Source: Trichoplax adhaerens
Lineage: Eukaryota > Animalia > Placozoa
DNA length: 64,000 nt
Reading direction: 5' to 3'
Assembly (NCBI RefSeq): GCF_000150275.1
Contig: NW_002060945.1
Span: 3,309,172-3,373,171 of the forward strand
Part shown: piece after piece, positions 15,001 through 28,128 of the stretch
Layout: each line of letters starts with the position of its first letter
Position numbering within the stretch: position 1 is the stretch's first letter
Made by a program: the position numbers and the translations under genes
The notes under the pieces: model-generated
Database searches by the model: none
What the model saw: only the letters and a program-made list of their open reading frames with translations
Told to the model about the DNA's origin: nothing

Positions 15001-18000
15001 GTAATTAAATCATAATCGATCTGCAGCATCAAGAAGGTCAAATAATGTTATGAGAAATATTTATCTTGCTATGGCAATAATATTAAGTACGTTAATGATG
15101 TTATTATATTTTAAATTTACTTTTTCTCCTTGGATAGAGTCTGTACATAATTTCAGAAGTGAGTTACGATTGTAATTCACATCCATCACTGAAGGCTTCT
15201 CCATACTAAACATAATATCCAGAAAGAGAGGTAAATTAATTTATTTAAATATTAATCCAAAAACTTTCTGTCGAGATAGAACCGAATATATCTTAACGTA
15301 AGAATACCTAAATTGATCAAGCTTTTCTACAGCTTCTGGCCGATTCCATTTTAATGCCCAATCTCGTGCTGTCCTGTAAGTATAGGTTAATTTTAAATTA
15401 TTTTAGGTATTTATTCAATTCAGAGAAACGAAAAGTTGCCTTTGTACCATCCATTGATGGATTTTAAATTAACATTAGCGGATAATTGCAATAGCGATTC
15501 AATGGTTGCCAATTTTCCATGTCCAGCAGCAATCATAAGTGATGAAGCGGACGTTTCAGAATGCTGATAATCAACTGTAATATGAATTATAACATTTAAG
15601 TAGACATATCAGTTGGTAAGTTTTACGTTGGAGCCACCATCTATTAGTGCGTCATAATTTACCATGTATATGTCCATTTTCTATCATTTCGATGATACCA
15701 CGAAAGGAGTTATCATCATTCTAAAATTTTAATGAAACACCTTTACATAATACACCTATACTCTAGGTATGGATTGTAGTAGTTTATTATTATTTTAAAA
15801 TTCTAATAGAGGACGTATACAGTACCTTAATCCAAGCGTTTTCAAGATAATTGTCCATAGCCTGATTAGCATTAATCTAATAATTAGGTGATACACAAGT
15901 GTCTTCATGTTAATAAACTTATTATAGGGAGATAGCTAATATTCTAGAAAGAATTTACATTTCCATCATCATTTTCCACTAATTTCTTTTTGTCTTTTAC
16001 GGCTACGATTGAAATGATTGAAATATTTTAAATATTAGATAGTGTATTTCTAAATTGCAGTAGCATTAACTAATTATATTAAACTTTATCTACTTTACCT
16101 TGGTTATCGTTTAATTCTTTATCTTGAACTAAAGCTAGTAGAAAACAGTCAGAAAGTACCATTGTTGCATTTTAATAATCAAGAGAACGCAGCAGTTGAG
16201 ATATCAGATGCACTTTAATTAAATAATTTAAACATACAGGAACTGGTATCTTGTTTGATGTTTTTAGGGATTAATTTGCTTATATATTTAGTTCTGAAAT
16301 AGATAAAAATATAGGCCATTTAATACTATTGCTCTATAAGATCTGTTATCTGATGATTTCAAATTACCTTATTAAAATGTCTTCAAGGTACAATTCTTCA
16401 ACGGGGTATGTATGTCCATCAACTAGTTGCATAATATAATAGATGTAACATAAGTTCAGAAATTAACTAATTGTCTTAATCCTATTACTTTTTAAATTAC
16501 CTTTTAAAATTGGACAATTGAAAAAGTACTGAGAAAATAGCTTCGAGTTCAGGGTTGCACTTGATAGAATCAACTTTATATTTGATTCTTGTTCGATTAG
16601 CTTACGCAGAGTTATGAGCAAAAAGTCACATAGTTTATCCCTTTCGTGTACCTCATCCACAACAATATGGGTTATACAATCTAGGAAAGGTGCTCCCAAT
16701 GTCAAATATCGTAATAAAATTCCCGTTGTACAATAGAGCAAACAAGTATCAGGGGATATTCTGTCCAAATTGATATATTACATGATTAATGAATTAGTTC
16801 CTTGAAAATTTCATATTAAGCTATCATTTTAAACGATAGTCGCGAAAAAATTACATTAACAAATACAGCACTTTAACAAATGTTTGTTTTGAAACGTACT
16901 TGCTCTCCAAACGAATTTGATACCCTATCGTTGATCCTATCGGCTCTCCACGTTCGTAAGCAACTCTTTCTGCAACTCCAATTGCTGATAACCGACGTGG
17001 TTGCGTGCAAATGATACGACAAGGCTTTCCTGTAGCCTGACCATCTTCCAATATATACTGAGGTATCTACAGTACATCAATTAATAACAATATTACGATA
17101 GTACATACACGATTCTTATCCTGTGACCTAAATACTGCAATATTTATTGATGTGGTTAATACAGCATAGAAATCATGAAGTTAAAAGAAGGAATTAGTGT
17201 GTCTACCAATAATTTAGTATTGACAATTATTGTCTGTTATTTTATTGAAAAATTCGATGGGCAATAATATCAGTGGGTCTGTACATTTATATAGTTTACT
17301 ATAAATTAAGATTCAGCTTCACCTGCTACAAAAATATGTAATACGAGTATGTAATGGGTTATATGGGCGCAACATTATCGAAAAGTTATATATATTTTAC
17401 TATTATTATCATTCGTGGCAGAATCATCGTCCTAATTTGTCTCAACTTGTGAGCATTCAATAATAAAGCATAGTAAAAGTTGAAGATGAAGATAGGGTTT
17501 TTACCTGAGTTGTTTTACCGCAACCAGTTTCACCCATTACGATAATCACCTATATTGGTTTAATAGAATAGTTTCATTATTTGTATGATACAGTATGCGT
17601 TTTCATAGGCAAATTTGATGACTAACTTGTGTAGAAATATACTATAGATCATCAACGCTATACATACAGTACACGTAAGTAAGTTAGAACAGAAATTCGA
17701 CAGTAGATTAGCTGCGTAAGTTAACAATTCGATGATGACTTCGATTTTCATGATGTTGTGTCGCAGCAAAATCATAAACAAGATCAGAGATACCACAGTT
17801 TTAACAAGTTTTTCTAATTATTTTATCATCGATACTATCCAGAAGTTGTAAGCAAGGTAGAACAGAGATGCGATAGTAGATTAGTCACGTATGTTTACTA
17901 TTCGATTATCACTATGCTGTTCATCATGTTAAGGCAACGTTATAAGTAAAAATTCGAGATAGTAGAGTCGTATTTGACTGTTTTCTAATGGTTGGATTTG

Positions 18001-18951
18001 ATCACCTATTAGGCTATTAGTATTACAAGAATAATTAAGCTTGTGATTTATGACATGAGTAAAATTCAATCTTTGAAATTATCAATAGGAACCTTTATCT
18101 CATGCATAGCTTAATTGTAGTCCTAGATTAATCTAAATTTACTACCTTGTTGGATTGGATCGCTGCTAGAATTTGACTTCTTTGATGAACGATCGGTAAT
18201 TGATGACGAAGTGATTGTTGTGTTGAATAATGATGTGGGGGAATGCGCGGAGATGAAAATATTAGTTTATGTCCTTGCCCGCTGTAGACAGTCGATTTTA
18301 TAGCTTCTTCAGGTTGACTACCATGATATTGATCAAGTCCGTGAGGGAACTGACTGATTAAATCTGTAAGACCTTTCTTGGAGGCGCCATTCAGTGTCAA
18401 TGTTGTAATTTTGGCGTCATCATTCAAGTTTCCAGAACGTCTAACGGTTAAAAACCGTTCTGATCCCCAACTGAGGAAAGATACATGGGTGTATAAATTA
18501 GAAAAAAAACATTTCAAGATTACGATAGCATGAAATTGATTTCTACGTAGTATTTACTCACCCTTGACTTTTTGATATTAGACCTAGCGGTTTACAAAAT
18601 TGATGAATGAAGGCTCTCTCTTCTTTTAGTAACGATGGAGGAAATTCTAGTTCTATAACGATCGTTATGATATCATGATTAGCCGTTGATTAAAAGCAAT
18701 CAGTTTCATAGTTAGGCTATAACATAATCGTTAACTTGTAATATTTGTTTCGAACTGCATTGCAACTAGATTATGAGCACATTTATCCACTTGGAATGGC
18801 GCTATGCATGCAAATATTGATTCATTTGGCTTGTGGCTTGTTTACCTTGTACTGTGTGATCGGCGATAAAATTATTGATCACAGCGCTAATTCGATCCTG
18901 TAATTCTTGGCTAATATTGGGTGTCTGATATTTTCGTTTCCTATAGGCCAT
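9083..18951 (-). CDS. YTHDC2: YTH domain-containing DExH RNA helicase (R3H-DExH-ankyrin-HelicC-HA2-OB-YTH), many exons
   Basis: R3H ([28 protein letters not shown]), [28 protein letters not shown], ankyrin insert ([19 protein letters not shown]), QRAGRAGR, HA2 ([10 protein letters not shown]) and C-terminal YTH (RYFILKC...GTW...HFQGYA...NPWN...GQEL). Confidence 0.95.
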
Positions 18952-20618
18952 AATGTGTCCTGTGTAACGCTATTACCCCATTCTACAATGATTTCCTATC
19001 TATTTTGCACTCATTTGCAAGGTGGAAGGCTATGTGGAGGAGCCTTGTAAAGATTTGTTGGGCTTCCTGATTGGCAATCTTGAGGCGTTTAAATTTAAAT
19101 TTATTTAATTTATTTAAAAATTTTTAAAATTTGGGTCTACGAAAATCAGCGGGACAGACACTCCAATCCCCGTTGTCGTTGGTATCGGATAGACGTACAT
19201 ACGCACACTAATGAAAGTGAAAATTCCTGGTAGACGCGTATATCAAAGTGTGATTTAGAGACTTGTAGTAGGCCGGAATTTATCCATTACAATTTAAAGG
19301 AATGATTCATGTACATTATGACTTAACCTTAATTTCCAACGCGTATTAGCTTTAGCTGATGTTAATTTCATAAAGTAGAAGCGATAGAGTGAGTGTATGT
19401 AGAGTTGGAGACAAAACATTGGCGTTACAACTTTTGAATAGGGAGAGTATAGTTTTTTTGGAAATGCACTAGATTACCAGATGCAATCCCTTATATTATT
19501 ATTATTTATTAGCTAATGGTTAGTGTAGTGTAAGTGTTATTGCAGGCTTGTAGCTATCTATTCTATCATAGATGATCCATGGATATGTATTAGTTAATGT
19601 AGAATGAATTGCACTGTTGAAGGCTAAAAATCAACACAAGATTCCGATCAGATTCGTAGTAGCGAAATGAGCATTTCGCTGTGAAATTTTGATACTGTAC
19701 AACTCTCTAGTTTACGTGTTATTATGATTGTTGAGCAGCGTGCAAAATAAATTGTTATCCCTTAAGTCTACTTTGGATAGAACGATGTTAAGAATCCACT
19801 TCGTTGGGGATGATAGCTCATTTTACACGTAGTATAAAATAGTACCGTTCCTGTCGCTAGTAGTGCTGTTGCCGTTGACAGCATAAGCGTTCGGTTGATT
19901 GCTTGCTTTTGATCTCAACAACCCCATAACAATCCTTGATCACAGCACTTTACAGCCAAGTGAAATATCCTTTTATTTCTTTACTACTCTCCTATTGATA
20001 CACATTGGCAGCTTGGCACAATATTGGGACGTGTAGATACGTATACAAGCACGCATAACTTATACTCATAGTCTAGAACGATGAACACGCTGCCATGGTT
20101 TTGAACTTTTACAACAACGTTGTTATAAAGTTGTTGTTACTGAACGTTCAGCTTTGGCCGATGCGGCTTCGATCATTCATAATTGTACTATTAGTCTGTG
20201 TTATCGGCAATTTCTTTTTACGTATTCCATTTTATCAATAAAATACGCAGTATATCATTTTATGCAATAAAATAGGCCTGGCAATAGTACTAATTTAAGC
20301 AGGAATCCATATAGAATGAAAGCTATACAATATTGAAGAAGATGAATGATTTGTTGGTAGAACGGGTTACTGTAGCTGCTAATAATCTACGCGTCTACAA
20401 GACTTTTAATGTTATTTTGGGTGGTGTTCACGACTGGTGTAAAGACGTTTTTTTACTTTTTTCAGTTCAATACTAGACTGCCAATCTGGTAGTCTAGTAC
20501 CAACAAGATTGGCACAACAACACTGCAGAAGCCATATGTGCGAATGCGCCATTTTGTTGCAGCCATCTTGAGCTCAGTCATAGTAACCCGATCGACTAGG
20601 ATGACGTAATGTCCCGTA

Positions 20619-21192
20619 AATAATAACACCTAGAGTATGGATTGTATTTTCAGAGTGTACCGTACTCAGTACTCACGACTTACAGAGTCTAAGTACTGTA
20701 ATGGCATGAGCTGAGTACAGTAAGTGTGACACTGTTGAACGGTACGTGTTCCAGTTGAAGTCAACGTCAGTAGCTTCACTCGCGAAGGAGAATAATAACA
20801 CCCTAGTAGTATGGATTGTATTTTCAGAGTGTACCGTACTCAGTACTCACGACTTACAGTATCTAAGTACTGTAATGGCATGAGCTGGAGCAGGTGGACC
20901 GTTTTCCTTTTTGGATCAAGTGTGACTGTGTGACACCATTGTACGGTACGTATTCCACTTGAAGTCAACGTCAGTAGCGTCACTCGCAAAGGAGAATAAT
21001 AACACCGTAGTGTATGGATTGTACATTTTCAGAGTGTACCGTACTCAGTACTCACGACTTACAGTATCTAAGTACTGTAATGGCATGAGCTGGAGCAGGT
21101 GAACCGTTTTCCTTTTTTCTATCAACTGTGACACCATTGAACGGTACGTGTTCCAGGTAAAGTCAACGTCAGCAGTGGCACCAGCAAAGGAG
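20619..21192. repeat. Three tandem copies (172, 204, 198 bp) of a hairpin-containing unit upstream of VPS45
   Basis: Copies start at 20619, 20791 and 20995 with aataataacacc; shared core cagagtgtaccgtactcagtactcacgacttacag...aagtactgtaatggcatgagct and end aagtcaacgtcag...aaggag. Confidence 0.95.
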
Positions 21193-21319
21193 AAACCGTT
21201 GCCGCCATTGCAAATCTTTATCAATATTGGTGTAAGAAAATTATTTTCAAATCCCCATTTCTTTTACGGTCGTCTATGGTGTTATTGCAATCTAAAGAAA
21301 AAGAATTCATAGCAACAAG

Positions 21320-24300
21320 ATGAACGCAATTATAGCAGTCAAGCAATACATCACTAAAATGGTGGATGATTGTGGTTCTGGCATGAAAGTGTTACTCATG
21401 GACAAAGAAACTGTAAGTCAATGCTTGTGGTAAAATGAGACATCAAACGGTCCAAATTCACAGCTTAATGGCTTCTTAATCAATTAGTACTGGCCTATCA
21501 TTTCTATCAGAGTAATCCATTTTGAGTGATGTTGACAAACGCCAAAGATACCTTAAGATAGTCATCCATTTAGAAAGAAATTGTATGGTCAAAAATCAAA
21601 TTACTTTACTGTACTGCAGTGATACCGTATACCAGACCAGTTCTACGATGCACTTGTTGGAAATATACTCAGTTGGCAGTCAAATAGGATCGTCAAGACG
21701 TTCTTCTAACTTTACTGCTTGATAGAAATTGTTTGCCATGTCTTGGATGCTATCAATGACCATCAAGCAACAATCTACATTCCTGTACAGTACAGCTAGC
21801 TACGTCTGTTCAATGATCTATCGAATAAATCATTTTTTCAATATCTGGACGTTCCGCTACTGTGTATATACACGTATCTTGGAACGGTGTAAAAACTGAA
21901 ACTTAATATGAAATTACATAATATCTTCCAACTGGTTTTCTTTCCACTTAGTGCTCGATCGGATTCATATTAAAATAGACAAGCAATCCAATATACTCGT
22001 CTTAGTGTGATACAGACTGCCTTTAATTACAGCCTAACAAAACACCAATCCGGCAAAAATAGCACAGTGCAGTCATTTTAATGAGCTTTATAGTAACAGG
22101 GTATTTATTGATATTGATTGATTGATGTGTGACCGTAGCAGCCTCTTTTAGACGATGTTCCACTAAAATACATAATTACAGCACTTTTACCAAGCAATTG
22201 ATTAATTGAAAAACTAGTTTTTCTCTATTCTTTTCTTGCATTATGTCGTTATTGATCATCAAATGTCATATAGATGTATGGAATAACTATATCATTTGGT
22301 ATAACTTACAACTGATAGATATTGATATTTTACTCATTATGTATGTTTAGACGAGTATTGTTAGTATGGTATATGCTCAATCAGAAATATTACAGAAAGA
22401 GGTTTACCTTTTCGAGTCGATCGAACAACCTAATAGAGAAACTATGAAACACTTAAAAGCTATCTGCTTTATCCGTCCCACACAGGTAAGAAGCATCTTC
22501 ATGTAATGTTGATGGCAATTGTTACACATTACTTGACGAAAATATGTAAAATGAGAATGGTAAAGGTTCAGTTTAATCTTAGTGATTGATTTCATTTGGC
22601 CAAATGGATATAAATTAACTATACAGTAGAAGTATGCGGCCATAGTGCCATCGCTTGAACTTCTATACTTAATTCGATCCTAGACTAGCATTGGAAAATT
22701 TCGAGCTATACAGGATATACAATTTGTATTGCAAGTGTACTTAATTTTCTCCTAGCTATCATCAAAATTAAAATCACTTATCATGATCATTTTCGAATTA
22801 CCTTTCGTTATTAGTAGTAATATGAATATTATCAGTTCATTGTTAAATGTCAATCATTACATAGTTAATTTTTTATCAATCCTTACATAGTTTTCGATGA
22901 TATATTTATCAAATCCGTACGTCTTGCTCGAGCTAATAAATTTTTCCGTAATCTATCCATGACCTATCTGTAGTTAGCTATAATAAATAGTATCTTTGTA
23001 ATTACTATAAATTGTCCTGACGGAACAGACTGTTAAAATATGTAGGAAGGATCAATGCACTGTATTTTGAGTATACCTAAGCAGTCAAATCACTTCGTAA
23101 TATTCATAAACATTTCTATCCTATTTAAACTTGGTTGAAATATTCCTGTTTGAATTTTTGTTTTATAGGACAATGTAGAACTGATTCAACAAGAATTACA
23201 ATCTCCAAAGTATGGATTCTATTATTTATGTAAGTTTTTTGATAAAATTATTCAAATATTATTGTTTAATAGACCTATCTACGTCTGCGTTTATACCAAA
23301 CAGAAAAATAGGTCTGAATATACTAATAGCGGCACTTAGTAGATCACTATGACGTTAATGGAATTTTAATCTCAACTATTCTGATTATAATTAGACTTTT
23401 CAAATCGCCTTGGCAAGCAGGCTCTAAAAGCTATAGCGTCTGCTGATGAACAAGAATTAGTAAGAGAAGTTCAGGTAAATAGAATTTAGTTTTCATGTTA
23501 TGCTATCGGAAATTTTGCAGACACAGAGTTACACAAGGTTACTTTACAATTATAATTAATCAGTGCTCAATTCAAATGAACTTTATAAATTTAATTTTAC
23601 CTTCTAAGTAATAAAATTATTAATATTAGTACGCATATTTAGTATTGTCGCCGTTATAAAAATAATAAACATTTTCTAAACAGATAATTTGTAATTCTTT
23701 TGATATAGGAATTTTATGCTGATTATTTTGCTGTAAACAAGAATTTATTCACTTTAAATATACCCTGTTGTTATCAGGTATAAAACATATCGTAATGATT
23801 CTGTTATTACACAGTAGTATGTACTATATTGTTCTTGGGTTTAAAATTAGTTAATCCATGAAATTATTATTGTCAAGACTAATCTTTATTTGATTTAATT
23901 TCTTTAGAATATGTCATGGAAGCGTGATAAATTAGATAGATCGATTGAAGGAATAGCTGCATTGCTTCTATCGTTAAAGAAAAATCCCGTCATAAGGTTG
24001 GTCTATTCCTTCTCGCTTTATAGTTTGTAAACTTAGTTTGGACATATTTTGACGCTTCTGATTCTATAATGATGTTAAAGATTGTAATAAAGTCTACCAG
24101 AAATCGATTTAAGTTACACGCCAATATCAAACGCATCTTTAGATGTTTACCGCAATAATTTCATAATGCATTTTAAAAAAAGTCCATAGTTCATGTAAGT
24201 TTCATTATCGTGACTTTCATGAATCGTTTTATCTAGATATCAGCAATCTTCCGATAATGCTAAACAAGTTGCGGAAGGACTTAAAGTAAGAACCATCTGA

Positions 24301-26225
24301 AATTGTACACGATGAACGTAATCATATCGACCCGTGAGCTAATGATAACATTAAATTCTTTAGAGATTAATAAATAAGGAAGGCGCGCTGTTTGACTTTC
24401 GCAAAAGCGATGTTGCACCTGTATTGATCATTCTTGATCGTAAAGAAGATCCTGTCACCCCAATATTGAATCAATGGACTTATCAAGCTATGATCCATGA
24501 ATTGTTAACTATCCGTAAAAATGTCGTTGATTTATCTTATGTGCCTGGTATAAGTAAGGAATTGAAGGTTAGTTGTCCTTACCACAATTGTTACATTACG
24601 TCACAGTAAACAATATCCTTCTTAGTATGGCTAAGTGTTATGTTATATTTCTTAGCAACTGATTTTTTCTGGTGAACAAGATGAATTTTACGACAAGGTA
24701 GGAATTTCCTCTTTCTTTACCTACTTTTCGTCCGGTATACGGTTTTAGCCTAGATGTGAATACGTAGAATGTATTGGTATTGTTTAATCATTTGTACAAT
24801 TTATTAGAATTTATATAGAAATTTTGGCGAAATTGGACAAAACATCAAATCTCTGATGGAAAAATTTCAGGAAAAATCGCAGCGTAGCCAAAAATTAGAA
24901 TCTATTGCTGATATGAAGGTTTGCTGTTTTTTAGAAATAACACTACGATGACGTTTTGTTGTTTACAACATCATTATAGATTTTAAGGCAAATTCGCTCT
25001 TATTGTGCGTTACCTTTTCAGGCCTTTGTAGAAAGCTACCCAGAATTTAAGAAAATGTCAGGGACTGTTTCTAAACATGTTACTGTTGTCAGTGAACTAT
25101 CCAAAATTGTTACTGAGCAAGATTTGCTTGCATTATCTGAAGTTGAGCAAGAAATTAGCTGCCAAACATCACACTCTAATGCTGTTGAGGTAATTGTGAT
25201 ATTACGGAAAATACCCATAGGCAATAGCGGACTTCGAATTACACTTCGTATTGATGTATAAATTCAATTATCTCTATTGTAAAATATGCCATTCCTTTCT
25301 CTTGCAGATGATAAACAAAGTACTACATAATGAAAAAGCAACCGATCTAAATCTTTTACGAATAATCTTGTTATACGCTCTTCGATATGAACACCATAGT
25401 GGCAATCAGTTACACAGATTTTTGGACGTTTTATCTCGACGCGATTTTCCTGATCAGTACAAGAAGGTATTTTTCATATTCTTTAACATCGATTGAAGTT
25501 TATTTCTATTTTAATCCTTCTATTTGTAATGATTCGGCTTTTGCAGGCCATCCAAGCTGTCCTTCAATACGGTGGTAAAAAATCGCGTGGTAGCGATATT
25601 TTTGGCGGTAACACTCCTCTGTCTATTACCAAGAAATTCTTTAAGGGGCTAAAAGTAAAATATTTTGTTATATTTGGTCTTTCTTCTTCCCATTTAATGA
25701 ATTACTGTATGCTACTACAACAGATATTATGCTAATCTGTCTGCAATGCTATTCAGGGTGTAGAGAATATTTACACACAGCATACACCTCTAGTTCAAGA
25801 TGTATTGGATTCCTTAGTAAAAGGGAAGTTAAGTGACGGGCAGTATCCGTATGCTACTGGTTCTCCTGTTAGAGATAGGTTTGTCACGCATGGGGTATTT
25901 AAAAATGTTTTTCCCTAAAATCTTTGTTCCTTGACATGTCATTTTTTTGCCGTATTTAAGGGTTCAAGATGTTATCATATTTATAGCAGGTGGAGCTACT
26001 TATGAAGAGGCGTATTCCGTACAGAATTTTTGTAGCATTAATCAAGGAGTTCGTGTTCTTCTTGGGGGTACCTATGTTCACAACTTTAAAAGGTTTGTCA
26101 AATATTATATTTCTTGAATTGTACTTCATTAAAGTAAAATTTTTAATTTTGTGATGATAATCTATAGCTTCCTAGAAGAAGTTACAGCGGCCTCGCAACG
26201 TGCTACTGATGGGCTTAAATGGTAA
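21320..26225 (+). CDS. VPS45: Vacuolar protein sorting 45 (Sec1/Munc18 family), multi-exon
   Basis: [31 protein letters not shown]|[22 protein letters not shown]...[26 protein letters not shown]...[15 protein letters not shown]...[11 protein letters not shown]...GGATYEEA. Confidence 0.97.
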
Positions 26226-28128
26226 TACAGTAAGAGCTTACAGTATAGTTTTATACTGTAGTGAAACCATGGCATTTGTGTTGTAAATATTCTGCCTACA
26301 ATATTATCTCAGTACAGAATCATCAGCGCGCGGACAAACTGTTAACGTTCAAATGGTCAAACAGATGATATTTTAAGCTATCGTATTACTGTATTCATAA
26401 CATGTTTGGATTTCCGTCATGTTGCTTCGCTATGTATGGTAGTAACTGTTATGTATTGATATTTTTACGGTAAGTATAAAATATCCAAGATTTCGATAAC
26501 ACTGAAATGAGAAATCATCATGATGCGACTCGTTCCGTGGTTAACATGCAAATCAAAAATTGGCAATAGCGAGGAAGTTGAATCGCGGATATTACAAGAT
26601 AAATTACTCGCTAGTCATAGGAATCTTTATTAAGTTTATCATTATCAACAGCGTTCAAATTGCAGATCTAAATATAATGTCAAGACTGTTTGAAATGCTC
26701 TACATTTGATAAAATTATAGAAATAGCCGTTCCAGTACCATACAGACTACTATTTGAAATATATAATCTGCTTGTAATCTATTATCTCGTTGTAACTTTT
26801 CGATAGAAATTCTATTTAGAGAATATTAAATCGCTTGTAATATACAAATTTTGGCGATTGTCGCTACATAATGCTAGTATGAAGATTATGATATATTATC
26901 ATTATTCTGGTACAATATTTCTGTAGGATCTGTAATATATGCATGAAATAAAAAATATATTATTCATTTTATTCATCAATAACATGGTCTCTCTTCGTTT
27001 GCCTGTAAATTTGACGTAATTAACCTAGTGATCTTGTTGTACTGTACCGATTAGCAAATTTCTGATTCTGCATAGATTACATTGTAATTTAAAACGAGTC
27101 TTAATAATCTCAATTTCCAAATTGGTCTTTCTTCCCGTCCGACCAGTTTATACAATTACTATTTATAGCGATAAATAAAAACTTATTAAAGTGTAATATA
27201 AAAATATTACATGAAGGCTTGAAATACGTCCAAATCAGAATTGAACACGTAAGCTTCTTTCCCGTTGATACTAAAGAACTGGTATCATCATTAATCCTCG
27301 TTATTTTATTCGCTCTGCGTTGTTCTTTACTTGATAAGTTTTATAGTAATCAATTTTTTATACTACAGTGTCATGCATTCACAGGATATTCTGTCGATAT
27401 CGAGGTAGTAGGATCAGCTGTTAGTCAATCTCTAAATTAAAACTACTAGTATAATGACTAAAGCGACGACGAGAATGTTGCAAATTGATTAATTTGTATC
27501 TGTACACTGTACAGTCATCGAATTTCGCTCGGACGAAAACCTACTTCAATCATTGCGTTACACATATACTATCAGTAATATGCAGGTACACAAGATCCAA
27601 GTGTGCTATTTCTAAAATGTTAAATCAGTTAATTTCTTAGATTACGCAATTCACAAGATAACATGTAATTCAACTTTATTAAGTTGTTAATCACTCGTAG
27701 AACCCAAATAGTTTGATACTTTGTCGACTCTTAGCTTCTTATGCTTACATTACTTTTAATGATATTCCGATAAGGGTAGTTACTGTAATGCAAATACACA
27801 TTCAATACAATACGTATGTTACATATCAATATTTAATATTATGCGTAGAATAAGGCTAATTAGATCTTATTAGTTGTATATAGTTCGCGAACTACTAGTT
27901 ATGGAATTAAAATGTTAAACGTATATCAATTTCGTATTATCCTATTAGAAATCGTTATAGTAGTGTCTTATTGAAGTAACATTATATTAAGTTTGACATA
28001 ATACGAAAGAGAACGCAAGCAGGTATTACTGAAATCGTAATGGTTGTTACGTAAGAAGCATGAAATAAATCTATAGGATGAGGCGACACATCAATAAAAG
28101 TTAGTAGCACTTTTCTTTGATTTTCTGC

